A model generated the notes under the pieces. That model worked only from the letters and a program-made list of their open reading frames with translations, was not told where the DNA came from and searched no databases. The translations under genes were made by a program, and so were the position numbers. Source: the human T2T-CHM13v2.0 reference genome, Homo sapiens. From it: 64,000 nt of DNA. The stretch lies in assembly GCF_009914755.1 (NCBI RefSeq), contig NC_060931.1; one strand, given 5' to 3'. Shown here piece after piece: positions 14,269 through 27,601 of the stretch; position 1 is the first letter of the stretch, and each line of letters opens with the position of its first letter.

Positions 14269-16075
14269 CTGAGGAAAAATTAAAATTCAGTTGTGTTAAT
14301 TTTCTAAAGAGTCCAACATTATAAGTTACACAAATCTATTTTGTAAGGAAGTAGTTTCACCATGACCACATAATAGGAAATTTGAAAACACAATACTAAA
14401 TATTAGACGATTATGTAATGATAAAATATCAGATTTTAGAAAAATATTTAATTGAGAAAGCCAGAGAATGCACATTCTTGAGATACTGGTTAACTTAGCA
14501 CTTATAAATATTACAAATCCAATCTTGGAAAAGCAGACTTATGTAATGAAATTCTTTTTTTTTACTAAACAAATTCTCTAACCCACAAGCCAAACTACAT
14601 ACTAAGGTATACATGCATTTTATGAATACGATTTTACAGATTTTGAAGAGACAAAGACATATCCCATTAAGGTCTAGCGCATAGACTAGGAAATCACTTC
14701 CCATGTTAATTTTCCTGAGTTTATAAGTTCTTTCCTATTTCTTAATAATGAAAAAATATCCTAAACAGAGAGAAAAGGAACCCAGAATGTTTTAGAATGG
14801 AATAATTTAAAGTCTATGACTTATAAAGGAAATCCATAAGTTGAAAACATTGGTAATTATTATTCTGTAGTTATATTTTTTAAAATAAGGGGAGGGAATA
14901 GTTAACCAAGCAAAACATTTTCTACTTTTACAACTGCCAGTAATTCTCCCCAAATGGCTATATCTCTTCATTTTGTACCAATATTCTCTTCTTTATTCTT
15001 TAAGGGCACTTTACTTCATTGATACCCAGTCCAAGGGGAAAAAAAAAAAGTCATCGTATGTAGTGAAATTCTGAATATACCTTTTTGACTCACTACAAGA
15101 CAAAGAAATGAATAAATACATTTCTAAGAAGGACATTCGCTGAAAATAACATCAATGATAACAGAATATTGTCATACATTAAGAATCCAACCAAAGCCAA
15201 TGGGCACAATAAAGCCAGAAAAAGCCAGTTGGTATAGTTCTTTACTTGTTTTTAATGCAAATATGTATTCAAATTATAGTAACAATTAATGTAGGGGGAA
15301 TTTCAAAAGGTCAGACTTTGGGTTTGTTCCTAAACCCAGAAGTTCCAGTACATGTATGAACTTGAAATCTAGTCTACTAAATTTGAAGGGCATTTTTTAA
15401 GAACAGGCTTTTTCACAAGATTTCAGAAGTTCTGCTTCTGGTAGAATGAGACCTACCGCAAGGAAAGCCTTTCTGGTTTCTGGAACCAGGAGAGCAGAGG
15501 TGAGCAAAATGAAAAATAATGGTGAAAAAAAAGTTAGCTAAACAGTCTGAAGATTTCAGAAAGGTTCAGTTTGGGGAGAACTTTAAACACTATCCTGAAC
15601 CACCTTGGGACCCCTGCAAATAACTAGAAAGGATTCAGGGGCACCTTGCATACCTGACCTTTACACCATGCTGCTAACCCAACTTACTGCTAAGTATAAT
15701 CCCTTTGTTTTTCCCATTTAGTGTCCTTGTCACTTAGGAAGACAGTTCTTAGAGCAAAACGTGGTTTAGTTCTATAGACTGTAAAGTGCCCAATCTGTAT
15801 ACAAAAACAGCAACAATATTGAAGAGAATGGGGAAGATGGTTTTTCTGTATTAAAATACTTTTCTGTAACTATAATTCTTCATGCACAGTGAAAAAAGCA
15901 ATGAAAACACACGCCTTGAAGAAGAGTTGCCTAATAGGGCAGTGATGTTTAATAAGACAGGAGGGCACCTGGGCTTGAACTGGTGTACCTACACTCACTT
16001 CAGGTTTAGAACAGCACACATAGAGTGCAGACAAGCAATCCCCAGAAAACATTAACTTATTAGATTTATACTTAC

Positions 16076-16139
16076 TGACAAAGCCTGGACCAAAATTTGG
16101 AGGATTAGGCCTAGAAATCTGATGTGTTATACTGCCATC
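16076..16139 (-). CDS. KMT2C: KMT2C exon ~41 (64 nt; DGSITHQISRPNPPNFGPGFV)
   Basis: ttttag|GATGGC acceptor; TCA|gtaagt donor; phase 0 to 1. Confidence 0.92.
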
Positions 16140-16630
16140 CTAAAATAAGTAAAATTTACAAATATGTTTATTCCACATTTCAGTTAAAGGGGGGAAAAAA
16201 CTTTAAAAGAAAGAAAGAAAAAAAGAAATGGAAGAAAAAACCCTTTAATTTCCTAAGATATCTTTTAAAGGTTTTTTTATAAAAAGTAGAGTGAATTTAG
16301 TGGTGGCAACCTAATTCTGAATTCTTATTACTATCTCTGAACTACTATACTGTCTAGATTTTGGCTGAAAACAATTATGCTTGAGGTAAAGGATTATTCA
16401 TCAGAAATATAATACAGGGCAAATCAATTACTGCTAATACTAAGCGAGAGATCTATATAAAAAATCTCACTTTTTGATGAAGTTTACCTGGTTTCTTCTT
16501 CAATCAAACACAAGTTCCAGATTGACTAAATGCCACTCCACAGCATGGTTATTTATAACAAAAACTAATGTCTCTAACATGCACAAATATAAAAGAAAAA
16601 TACGTTAATAAAAATATTAGTCTTATTTTC

Positions 16631-16760
16631 TACACACGCCTGTAGTCCCGGCTACTTGGGAGGCTGAGGTGGTAGGATCGCTTGAGCCCAGGTGTTTGAG
16701 GCCAGCCTGGGCAACACAGCAGGATCCTGTTCCCAAAAAAATAAAAAAAATAAATAAAAA
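16631..16760 (+). mobile_element. Alu monomer (FLAM-like)
   Basis: cgcctgtagtcc...gaggccagcctgggcaacacag followed by an A-tail. Confidence 0.8.
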
Positions 16761-17320
16761 GTATTTAATTCGTTTTATTTTCAAGTTAAAAGTCTTATTT
16801 CTTCCAGGTGACTGAACAAGCAGTTATTAATCTCACAAGTCCCTGATAATCACCTAACAAATTAATGTTGAAAAATGTTTATCCAGTTGTCACAAGTTCT
16901 CCTTAACATGAGCTGTATACAAGGTAATAATTATAAACTTATACTAGCAGCCAGAATGTATTATGTGCAATCTTCACAATACTACAAAGCAGTTGGTTTA
17001 ACATTTGACATATTAAAAAACAAGAGGCTAAAGAATTTGCCCAAAGTTGCACAGTAAATTCATAGTGGAACTATAATTTCTTTAAAAAAACTCAGCTATA
17101 AAGGCTATGCTTTTCCCATTATATCAAATGGCTTCTGTTTCCTCTTTTAATAATGAGAAGAATATAATTATCAGCATAATAAATCTAAAGCATAACTGGC
17201 AGGGCAAGGAAGAAAACAGGACATACATTATAGTAGGTAGCTCCCTTTATAAAAAAAAAATCACTGACAAAAATACTGCATGAGTTTTACTTCCCCAGAT
17301 ACTGCTTGATATTATATTAA

Positions 17321-17690
<370 letters not shown>

Positions 17691-17973
17691 ATTTTCTAGT
17701 ATTTATAGAAGTTTTACATTTTAAATATAATGGGTTTAATTCTAAAATGCAGGACATGAAAATGTCCTTCTGGAGTTAAAAATAAGTAAATAAAAATAAA
17801 ACCAAAAGTCCTGAGCGTGTGGTTTTGCCATCAAGTGACTTTTTACCCGTAAGTATATAAATCCTTTTCAGAAATCACAGCCAATTTTTTTAACCTTAAT
17901 TTGTCTTTTGTTTAAAAAGCAGTAAAGTGTCTTTTTGGTTACTTTTGGCTGTGCTGATAGATAAGGCTACTAT

Positions 17974-18059
17974 TTAGGTTGGTGAAAAAGTAATTGCGGT
18001 TTTTGCCACTGGCAAATGGCATATGGTGAAATCCGCATTTACTTCTGCACAAACCTAGT
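17974..18059. mobile_element. MADE1 (Hsmar1-derived MITE)
   Basis: ttaggttggtgaaaaagtaattgcggtttttgcca ... aatccgcatttacttctgcacaaacctag inverted termini. Confidence 0.88.
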
Positions 18060-18153
18060 ACTACTCTCTAGCAGGGGACTTACTCTAAAGCATGAGTTTG
18101 CTGGGAAACAGAAAAGCGTGCATTCTAGAGGGACTCATTACAGGCAGTGTTAC

Positions 18154-18232
18154 CTGAGGAATGGCCTGTGGTCCAAGGTTCTGTCCTTCACTGTTCTGTG
18201 TTCCAGTTACCACCTGGCCCATAAAAGGGAAC
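18154..18232 (-). CDS. KMT2C: KMT2C exon ~40 (79 nt; FPFMGQVVTG...AIPQ)
   Basis: tgacag|GTTCCC acceptor; CAG|gtaaca donor. Confidence 0.92.
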
Positions 18233-19303
18233 CTGTCAAAACAGGGTACACAAGTATCAAGTGATGAGCGTTTAGAAATTATTAATATTAATTAAAAACT
18301 GTATTAGGTGCTTAACAGTTTTCTCTTCCAGAGAAGAACAGTGGCAATTTCTTCTTCATCAAAACACTAAAGCCCTACCTTTCATGTACTGGGCAGATGT
18401 GATCCTCACTGTAATTCGATGAAGTGTGCTCTTAGCACCCTCATGTTACTTATGATGAAAGTAAGATTCAGAGATATTCCGTAACCTTCCCCACAAGGAC
18501 TAGTAGGGCTGCAATAAGAAGCCAGCTAGGCTGACTCTAGAGGTTTTACTCTATTATGTGCCTCACTCCACTTTACGATAAAATGAATTCAAGACTTCAG
18601 AATAAAAATAAGTTGATTTAGTTTTATAACGAACTCTAAGGAAATGTTTTCTCATTCCAGTCTGTGTTAAAAACTAATTGAGAGCTTAGTTATTTTATAT
18701 TCTAAAACAAAAGACATTTCCCAATTTAAGAATTTTCATACATTTTCATACATTTCTATATCTAATGTTAAAGCAAATCAAAAATGGACGACTGACCAAG
18801 ATCAGTCTGCATGGTTAAACGTGTTTAGAGAAATGTTACTCATTCTAATTAAAACTATAAAAACTTCACAGAAGCATTACTGCTTACATGAAAGTATTTC
18901 CTCTGGCATTATCAAATGCTTTAACGTATCAAGATATACATACAATTTTAAAAATGTATTCCAAAAGCTGTATATTACTATTTAAGTACTATTAGGATAT
19001 AGAATATGTTTTTAAATTTTTTACTCAGGTTTTTCATTGATCTGTCACCCTACCCACTGCTACAGGTCTGGTCTAAATGATCTTCTAATCTGAATATCAC
19101 ACATGGTCTATCATCCTAACTCAACATATCACACTACTCTAAGAAGGGACTATCACTTCCATTTCTAAAAAGCAGTCAGTAGAATACTAAGCCATATACC
19201 TGATACATGACTAATGTATCTAACCGGCAGATGCATGATGCTAAAAGAGCATCAGATGCTGAAAGGCCTCAAATTCTGAGGTCCATATTTAAAACTAAGT
19301 GCT

Positions 19304-19597
19304 GGTCGGGTGCAGTGGCTCATGCCTGTAATTGCAGCACTTTGGGAGGGGGAGGCAGGTGGATCACCTGAGGTCAGAAGTTCAAGAACAGCCTGACCAA
19401 CATGGTGAAACCCTGTCTCTACCAAAAATACAAAAATTAGCTGCGCATGGTGGCACGTGCCTGTGATCCGAGCTACTCCAGAGGCTGATGCAGGAGAATC
19501 GCTTGAACCTTGGAGGTGAAGGCTGCAGTGAGCCATTGCACTCTATCCTGGGCAACAACAGCGAAACTCCGTCTCAGAAACAAAAACCAAAACAAAA
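19304..19597 (+). mobile_element. AluS with TSD aaaactaagt
   Basis: Both arms; flanking duplication. Confidence 0.92.
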
Positions 19598-21020
19598 CTA
19601 AGTAGTAAATAAAACTCAGCATTTCCTTGTTTTGAATATACATAGAAACTACAATATTATTAGCAAGTACCACAACTATCACCAATAGAAGACAGATTAT
19701 TTTCCTATCGAGTGTTGCAGGCACCTAATAGATTAGTTATGTTCATCATTACTTTCAAATTATGGTTTATTGCTAAATTTGTTAATACTTTAAGGAACAT
19801 ATATACATAAATTTAATTATATTTTAATAACTATATTTCAAGTATAATCATTTCCTTCGTAATGCTATGTCTTAAATTTTCTGCATATAAAACATTCTGA
19901 GAATTTCAAAGGCTTCACTGGAATCCAAAAATATTCAAGACATAAAACAGTTAGGAATCTCTATGATAGAGAAATAGTGTTAATAAATATTGCTCAATAA
20001 TGAAAATCATTGGAAACCACTATCTCTACTTTGATCTCAAAAATGCTTCTTAACCATGTCCAAAGTATCTCAACAATTGAAAAGAATTATACCCTTAAGA
20101 ATTCAAATTTCTTTGAAATATATACATCTTAAATTCGTGCAAATTTTATATTCAATTCTATAATCATCCACATTTTTTATATAAAAGTTTTTCAACAAGA
20201 TAACTAGACTAAATTGAGGCTCTATGCTTACTTTATTGACAGAGGTTCTCATATAGTAATACACGTAAGACTCATTCATGACGCTTGCTAAAAATACAGA
20301 CACACAGGCAACCATCTCCAGATATTCTTATTTAGTAGGTCTGCAGTAGAGCAAAATAATCTGCATTTTAAAAAAATTACCCCATAATTCTCATGGTGGT
20401 CCATGATCAAAATTTAAGAAACAGTGCCATGTGGTTAACAACCCTTAGAGGGCATAATTTCAAAAATTCAGATATTGAAATAACCCCTACTGTCTTCTTT
20501 AATGCGTAATTTCTGTTTTTCTCCTAAGAGAGAAAAGACAAACTCTGTAACTCCAACTTCCAACTGTCCTCTTATCTATTCCTTGTAACTTTCTTTTTCT
20601 GATTCAAAACCGGTTTGGGAACATTTTATTTTAGAACTGAATTTATAATTGCTTTAATCACTCAGTGTCTTAACTGAAAAAAATCTTAGATAACATGAAC
20701 AATTCTAAAGGTATTTAAAAGAGCACAGACCTAAATACTTTGACTTGAGTAATCAGGAAATCCAATCTTCCAAATCTTTTTAAGATGTTTTACATTTACC
20801 ATCCTTGAGACTAATGCTCTTAAACTGGTTCTTACACTAATTTCTTAAATTGGTATAGCATTTTGTATCTGATCATATCGAGCTGATGCCATGACAACTT
20901 AAATAGTGTTGTTCATTCCTAGACAAGGGCTTTCCATTTTCTGTATGTTTTTTCTAAAAACTAGTAATGATTTCATGAATGTCTAGATGCCCAGTAGAAA
21001 CAAGCAGCCACTCCACCTAC

Positions 21021-21132
21021 CTGCTCATCACCATTGGTGGCATGCCCAGATTGTTTTGTGCCATCACTTTATTTATACCTTTAAGGGCCACCATTTTGGC
21101 TTTCATTATAGGATCTGTAATTGCATCAAAAT
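21021..21132 (-). CDS. KMT2C: KMT2C exon ~39 (112 nt; FDAITDPIMKAKMVALKG...MS)
   Basis: ttctag|ATTTTG acceptor; CAG|gtaggt donor. Confidence 0.93.
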
Positions 21133-22022
21133 CTAGAAAAGAAATATAAAGTTACTTATTTCATAGTAATTAGTTCAACGTACACTAAGAAGTAATTCAA
21201 ATATTACAAGCTCTTAAATTTTATTATTTAATAATCATTACAGATTTCTGAGATGGCAACCTTATCCTGGGTTTAATCGCATCTCAGTAGTCCTTAACTG
21301 AATCATGCTTTAATACCTTAGTCCTGCAGGAATTAAAACAAAAAGTCAAGTTTAAGGGAGATTATAAGCAATAATCTAAAGCAATGCAATTAATTTCCTT
21401 TCATCCAAACTTTTGCAATGCTAATCAGAATGGCTTCTTTAGTAAATATAACATCACAAATAAGAATTTGCAATACTAAGGAATTCTACTAAATTAGTTA
21501 TCACTCTTAAAAGAAAAATGCACCAATTTCTTAAGGGTATAACCTCTCAATAAGAAGCTACTACGAAAAAACCTATTTGCATCTAAATGAAAAAAAGGGA
21601 GCAAAATGATGAAATTGGGGATATATAAAATGGAATGTCAATTTTATTATTTAGAATAAGGCACACTGCTTAGACACGTGCCCTTTGATTGCTAATTCTT
21701 ATTCTTAGAGGCACTGAGGCATTTTGACTGCATTGCTTTTGTTGTTTTTAGAATCAGTAAACCATTAGAAACAAGTTAAAGAGGTTTATATAGCAAAAAA
21801 TCGCCAAGCATTTGTCATACACAAAAGGACAGTAAGAAGCTTTATTTCCATCATAATTTTCTTAAATTCATCCTTCCATGACTGAAAACATATGGCAACA
21901 ATGGTTGGAATGTAGGAACTAAGAAGACAATTAGTTTCTATTAAACAATTCCATAAATAATAGAATTGAGGGAAGTTTGTAACTCAGTTTTGAATCTCTT
22001 AATTTACCTGGAAAGAATCTAA

Positions 22023-22621
<599 letters not shown>

Positions 22622-22649
22622 AACTGCTTTCATTCTAAAGCTCAAGGAG

Positions 22650-22974
<325 letters not shown>

Positions 22975-23081
22975 TCAGTGCTTTATTCCAACTGTAATTC
23001 TAATAATAAAATCTTATAAGCATATCGCATGCCACTCTAATACCCATAGTAATATACGTTGAGACTCAAGAAAACTCCTAC

Positions 23082-24900
23082 CAATATTAGGGAAGAACGG
23101 TTCTGATCGCTGACGAATCATGGCTTGCATCTGTCTTTGCTGCTGCTGTTCTTGCCTTTCTTGATCCAAAAGATCCTGTAGAAGTAGAGGCTGTTCTTCT
23201 AGAAGAAGGGGCCTCTCTCTATTCTGCTGTGCTAATGTTTGAGGAATCATTAGCTGTTGGGGTCCAGACATGCTACTGGTACCAGACTGACTTGTTTGAG
23301 GCCCAGTTTGAGTTGCAGGTTTTCCTGTCCCCAGACTGTGGTTAACTGTTGATTGACCTGGAATGAGCCCTGGGTTTACCTGCACACCCTGAGAAAAAAC
23401 ATGGTTTACCCTAGAGACTACTGTCACATTAGAATTCATGGCATTATCCAAAACACGGCCAGGCGGTGCTATGAAAGGAGGCAAACTTGACACATGATTG
23501 GATGGGGAGGCCGGCAGAGTTGGTGGTGGTGGAGACCCCGATGGCCTAATGTCTGAATTATCAGATTTCTCATTAGCAAGTAAACTTGAGAGAACTGGAG
23601 TTGATCCAGTTATGCCACAAGAGTTTATTACATCTTGAGCAGGTAGTTGAGTGGATGCCTGAATGACATTTGCACTGGGGCCAGCAGTTTCTCGATTGGT
23701 TCTTTTCTCAAATAGATCTGGATCACAAGGATGCAAAGAAGTCTTTTCTCCATCATTTAGGTCTGAGTGAGCAGAAGCCTGTGAGCAAGGAGTGTCAACA
23801 TTATCTTTATTCTCATCATTTTTTTCAGTTTCACATTTGGATTCCACCTTAGAATTTGGAGACAGTACTTCCGTTTTTACCTCATTGGTAACAGTGGATT
23901 TTTTCTGTGGTGAATGTTTATCAGAGAGAACCAGAGTTTTGTTTTCTTGTTCCTTTTTTTTTGGTTCAACAGATACACACTGATTATCTAACTTATCATC
24001 AATTGGAAGGTCTAGTTCCTCATTAAACATGCTTTTCTTATCTCCCATGTCAAGTTCTGGATCTGTATATGCAATGATATCAAACTCTCCTGACCTTAAG
24101 AGGTCATCCAGGTTGGGATCATTAGTTTCCAAATTATCTAAAGTATCCAATTCAACTACCTTGCCATCCTCTGTATCTAAATTTAAGTTTTCAAGATCTT
24201 CATCATCTAAGTCTTTGACTTCAACCCCCTCAAGGTCTTTAACATCCAGTTCCTTCACAGAAGGGTCATCAGAATCAAGTTTTTCCTCTAGACCATCAGA
24301 AGGCTGGGTGGTTATCTGTAAATTATCAGACGTTGTTTCAGACGGTACAGATGTTGACAAAGGAGCTTCTGAAAATTCACCACCTAGTGGATGGTTCAGA
24401 GTCCTCATGACCATAGAAGATGAATGGACAGAATGACCTTGCTCTTGTTGAGATGGTGGCACTTGTTCCAAATCTGGGTGCACAGGTAGCTGATTAGGTA
24501 GACCCTGGGGAGGTCGTCGCATGGGGTCTGTGTGTCTAGGGCCCGGAAAGTCTGGCCGGGGAATGAAGTTTCCATGTCTCAGATTAGAAGATGCCTCTAC
24601 AACGCTGCCAGGTGGAGCACTGAAAGGCAGCCGTTGCCTTCCGTCAGGAGCCCTATGTCTCAGTTCAATATATGCTTGGCCCAGTATGTTGTGCTGCTGA
24701 ACTGGCAAGCTCTGTGGTGAAAAATGCTGAGGAAGTCCAACTGGATTATTCATTTGTGAGTTATTTAAAGGCCTAGGCATATCTACAGATACTGATCTTC
24801 TTAGCTGTGGAGAAACTCCAGATCCCTGTATTTGCTGAGGAGGCACAAGGAAGCGCTCTTGACTCGGCATGGTACCATGACTACCTCCTGGAAATCCAAA

Positions 24901-24901
<1 letters not shown>
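23082..24901 (-). CDS. KMT2C: KMT2C exon ~38 (1820 nt; acidic region, LxxLL motifs)
   Basis: 667-aa ORF; T27-aaaag|ATTTGG acceptor; TTG|gtagga donor. Confidence 0.97.

Positions 24902-24906
<5 letters not shown>

Positions 24907-24933
<27 letters not shown>
24907..24933. repeat. A27 run (T27 polypyrimidine tract of the exon 38 acceptor)
   Basis: Direct count. Confidence 0.95.
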
Positions 24934-24934
<1 letters not shown>

Positions 24935-25877
24935 CAAATAGGTATTATGTTAAATTTAGAGTTAAGTTGAAAAAAAGAAAAGTCTTCAATTAAACTGTAC
25001 ATACAAAATGTTGCCAAATACTATGACTTACAAAAGCAAAGCTATCACCATTAAAAAGTATTTACAGTATTCATATGCAAGTAAGATTTTGCTAAGAATC
25101 CTATAATGAACACCATATCTGAGCTCTAAAGGCTTAAGATTTAACAGATAACAAAAATGAAGACAAAGGAAGAACAACCAAGCAGATGAAATCAATTGTT
25201 CAGAGATAAGAACAATACTACTGGACTTTTTCAGGAAGAGTTTCTTTTATCTATATTTAGGGAGGTTCGATGGAGGAAGCTGATTCGGGGATGATGTTTG
25301 AATGAAGATAGGTCTTCATACCTATTGAGGGACTTACAGGCCTCAGTACATGAGACTACAAAGGCACAGGTTTGATGATGGGATAGAATAAACTTAGAGA
25401 AAAGGACAAGTAGGCCTCATCTATAAAGATTAAGTAAATGTATAAATTGTTGGACTATTTTATATTGTACTTCCTTCTAGACAGGATTACAGGCAACTTA
25501 CACAGAATACAAAGCATAGCAAGAGGCATAAATTATAACAAGGTGGAAGAAAAAAGGGAAATTAAGAGTAAGATTACAGGCAACTTACACAAAATATAAA
25601 ATGCAGAAAGAGGCATAAATTACAACTAAGGTAGAAGAAAAGGAAACTAAAAGAATATAACATGGAGGTAGAGATATAAGACTAAAAGACATAAAACTAA
25701 AAAGCATATCTTAAAGAACTATTTCCTTATTATAACTAGGGCATAGGTTTGGCTTTGACTTTAGCCACTTTGAAAAAGGAAACATTCTTATGATTCATCA
25801 CCACTAACTTACAACCCTATCTCACCATGGAAAGTTCCTAAAGGGAAAGTCCTTTCAGTTCGGAAATCTCTAAAATT

Positions 25878-26186
25878 TATTATTATTATTTTTTAAATTG
25901 AGACAGAGTCTCGTTCTGTCTCCCAGGCTGGAGTGCAGTGGCGTGACCTCGGCTCACTGCAACCTCCACCTCCTGGGTTCAAGTGATCCTTTTGTCTCAG
26001 CCTCCTGAGTAGCCGCGAATACAGGTGCAGTGCCTGCCGCCATAGCCGGCCAATTTTTGTATTTTTACTAGAGGCAGGGTTTTACCATGTTGGCCAGGTT
26101 GGTCTCGAACTCCTGACCTCAAGTGATCCGCCCACCTCGGCCTCCCAAAGTATTGGGATTACAGGCCTGAGCCACTGCGCCCAGCC
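25878..26186 (-). mobile_element. AluS
   Basis: Both arms. Confidence 0.92.
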
Positions 26187-26525
26187 TAAAATTAATTTAG
26201 AATGTAAAGTTAAAAGGTAGAAATTTGGAGAGAGGACAAGTCTCATCACATCGTAGGAGGCTTTGCCTACGCAGAATAGCTACATTTTGAGGATGTCATA
26301 TGATAAACTGCATCATTAAGGGTGCAAGGTAATGCTAACACAGTTAATACTTAAAAACAAAGGTAATGTTTTCAGAGTCTGTAGAGTTCTTAGAGGAAAA
26401 AAATGTCTATGACCTCTCATTAGCACTAAATAGCAGATTATATATATTTCAAAGGGGAGAAAGAAGTAGAAAGCAGTAACAGCTTCCTGATTAATACTAA
26501 CTTCATTTGTCTATTTCTTTTAAAA

Positions 26526-26670
26526 AATTTTTAAATTTGTTGAAGAGGTTGGGGGGGGGGGGGGGTGGTCTCACTATATTGCCCAGGCTGGTCTCAAACT
26601 CCTAGCCTCAAGCAATCCTCCTGCCTCAGCTAGTAGCTAGGATTACAGGCACAAGCCACCACACCCAGCT
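26526..26670 (-). mobile_element. Alu monomer (FLAM-like) containing a G15 run (26551-26565)
   Basis: ggtctcactatattgcccaggctggtctcaaactcct... Confidence 0.8.
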
Positions 26671-26724
26671 CTGTTTCCCTCTTCTAATAGCAATTTAAAT
26701 TCGGCAGGAAATTAAAAGCATTAC

Positions 26725-27017
26725 CTAAATCCATGAGGTCTCATCCCCATACTAGCAACATCAGGAGGATAGGGTCCACGCTGATCTTTTGGGAAAACAG
26801 CATATCTAGGTCCTAAAGGAGGGGCAACAGGAGACCTAATGTTCCCAGGATAGGGAGGTGGGGGTCTGGTGAAAGCCTGGTTAACATTCTCTGGTTGCCA
26901 GTGTTGAAGAGGCCCTGGATGAGGCACTGCGGGTGAGTCCTGTGACCCCTTCTCCTGTCGACCTGCAATCTTCTTCTGCTGTTGCTGCTGGAGAATGATT
27001 TCACGTAACTTCTGCCG
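26725..27017 (-). CDS. KMT2C: KMT2C exon ~37 (293 nt; RQKLREIILQQQ...RPPPPYP...PHGF)
   Basis: atttag|CGGCAG acceptor; TAG|gtaatg donor. Confidence 0.94.
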
Positions 27018-27083
27018 CTAAATGGGAAGAAACAAAAATCACTGGGATTTGTGGTAATTAATGGCTTTTTAAAGGTTACTGGC

Positions 27084-27210
27084 TTTTTATTTTTAGATAT
27101 GGGATCTTGCTATGTTGCCCAGGCTGGCCTCAAATTCCTGGACTCAAGTGATCCTCCTGTCTCAGCCTCTCAAGTAGCTGGGATTACAAGCATGCGCCAC
27201 CGTGCCTGAC
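27084..27210 (-). mobile_element. Alu monomer (FLAM-like)
   Basis: gatcttgctatgttgcccaggctgg...gggattaca. Confidence 0.8.
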
Positions 27211-27601
27211 AGGTTAGTGGCTTTTTAAATCCTGATACTTTCATTATGTGGCTATGGTAATGTTTCAAAGTTTGATGAAATACCAGTTACATTTAACTAT
27301 TCAATATATTAGGAAAAATAATTTGATGATTTGGGTCCTTTTCCTTGCCAGACAACTATCACAAAACAAAGCTTTAATATTTAAGGATTCCCCTGCGAAT
27401 TCGTGAAAACTGAAATCAGATACAGAATAAATTAAACTGGTGTTAATTTCATCAATTTCATTTTTCTTTTTTGCAGTATGACAAACTCTACAGAATAAAA
27501 AAAATAAAACATTAACTCCTGTGTAGAAATTACTCAGTTTGATGAAATGAACAGCTTCCTCAAATAATACATTTAAAACTGAGAACATACAATGTGTTTA
27601 C

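Noticed and set aside
23670-24720. Plus-strand ORFs antisense to the large exons (also 9051-9382 and 27592-27891)
   Set aside because: Shadow ORFs caused by codon bias; no promoter or splice support
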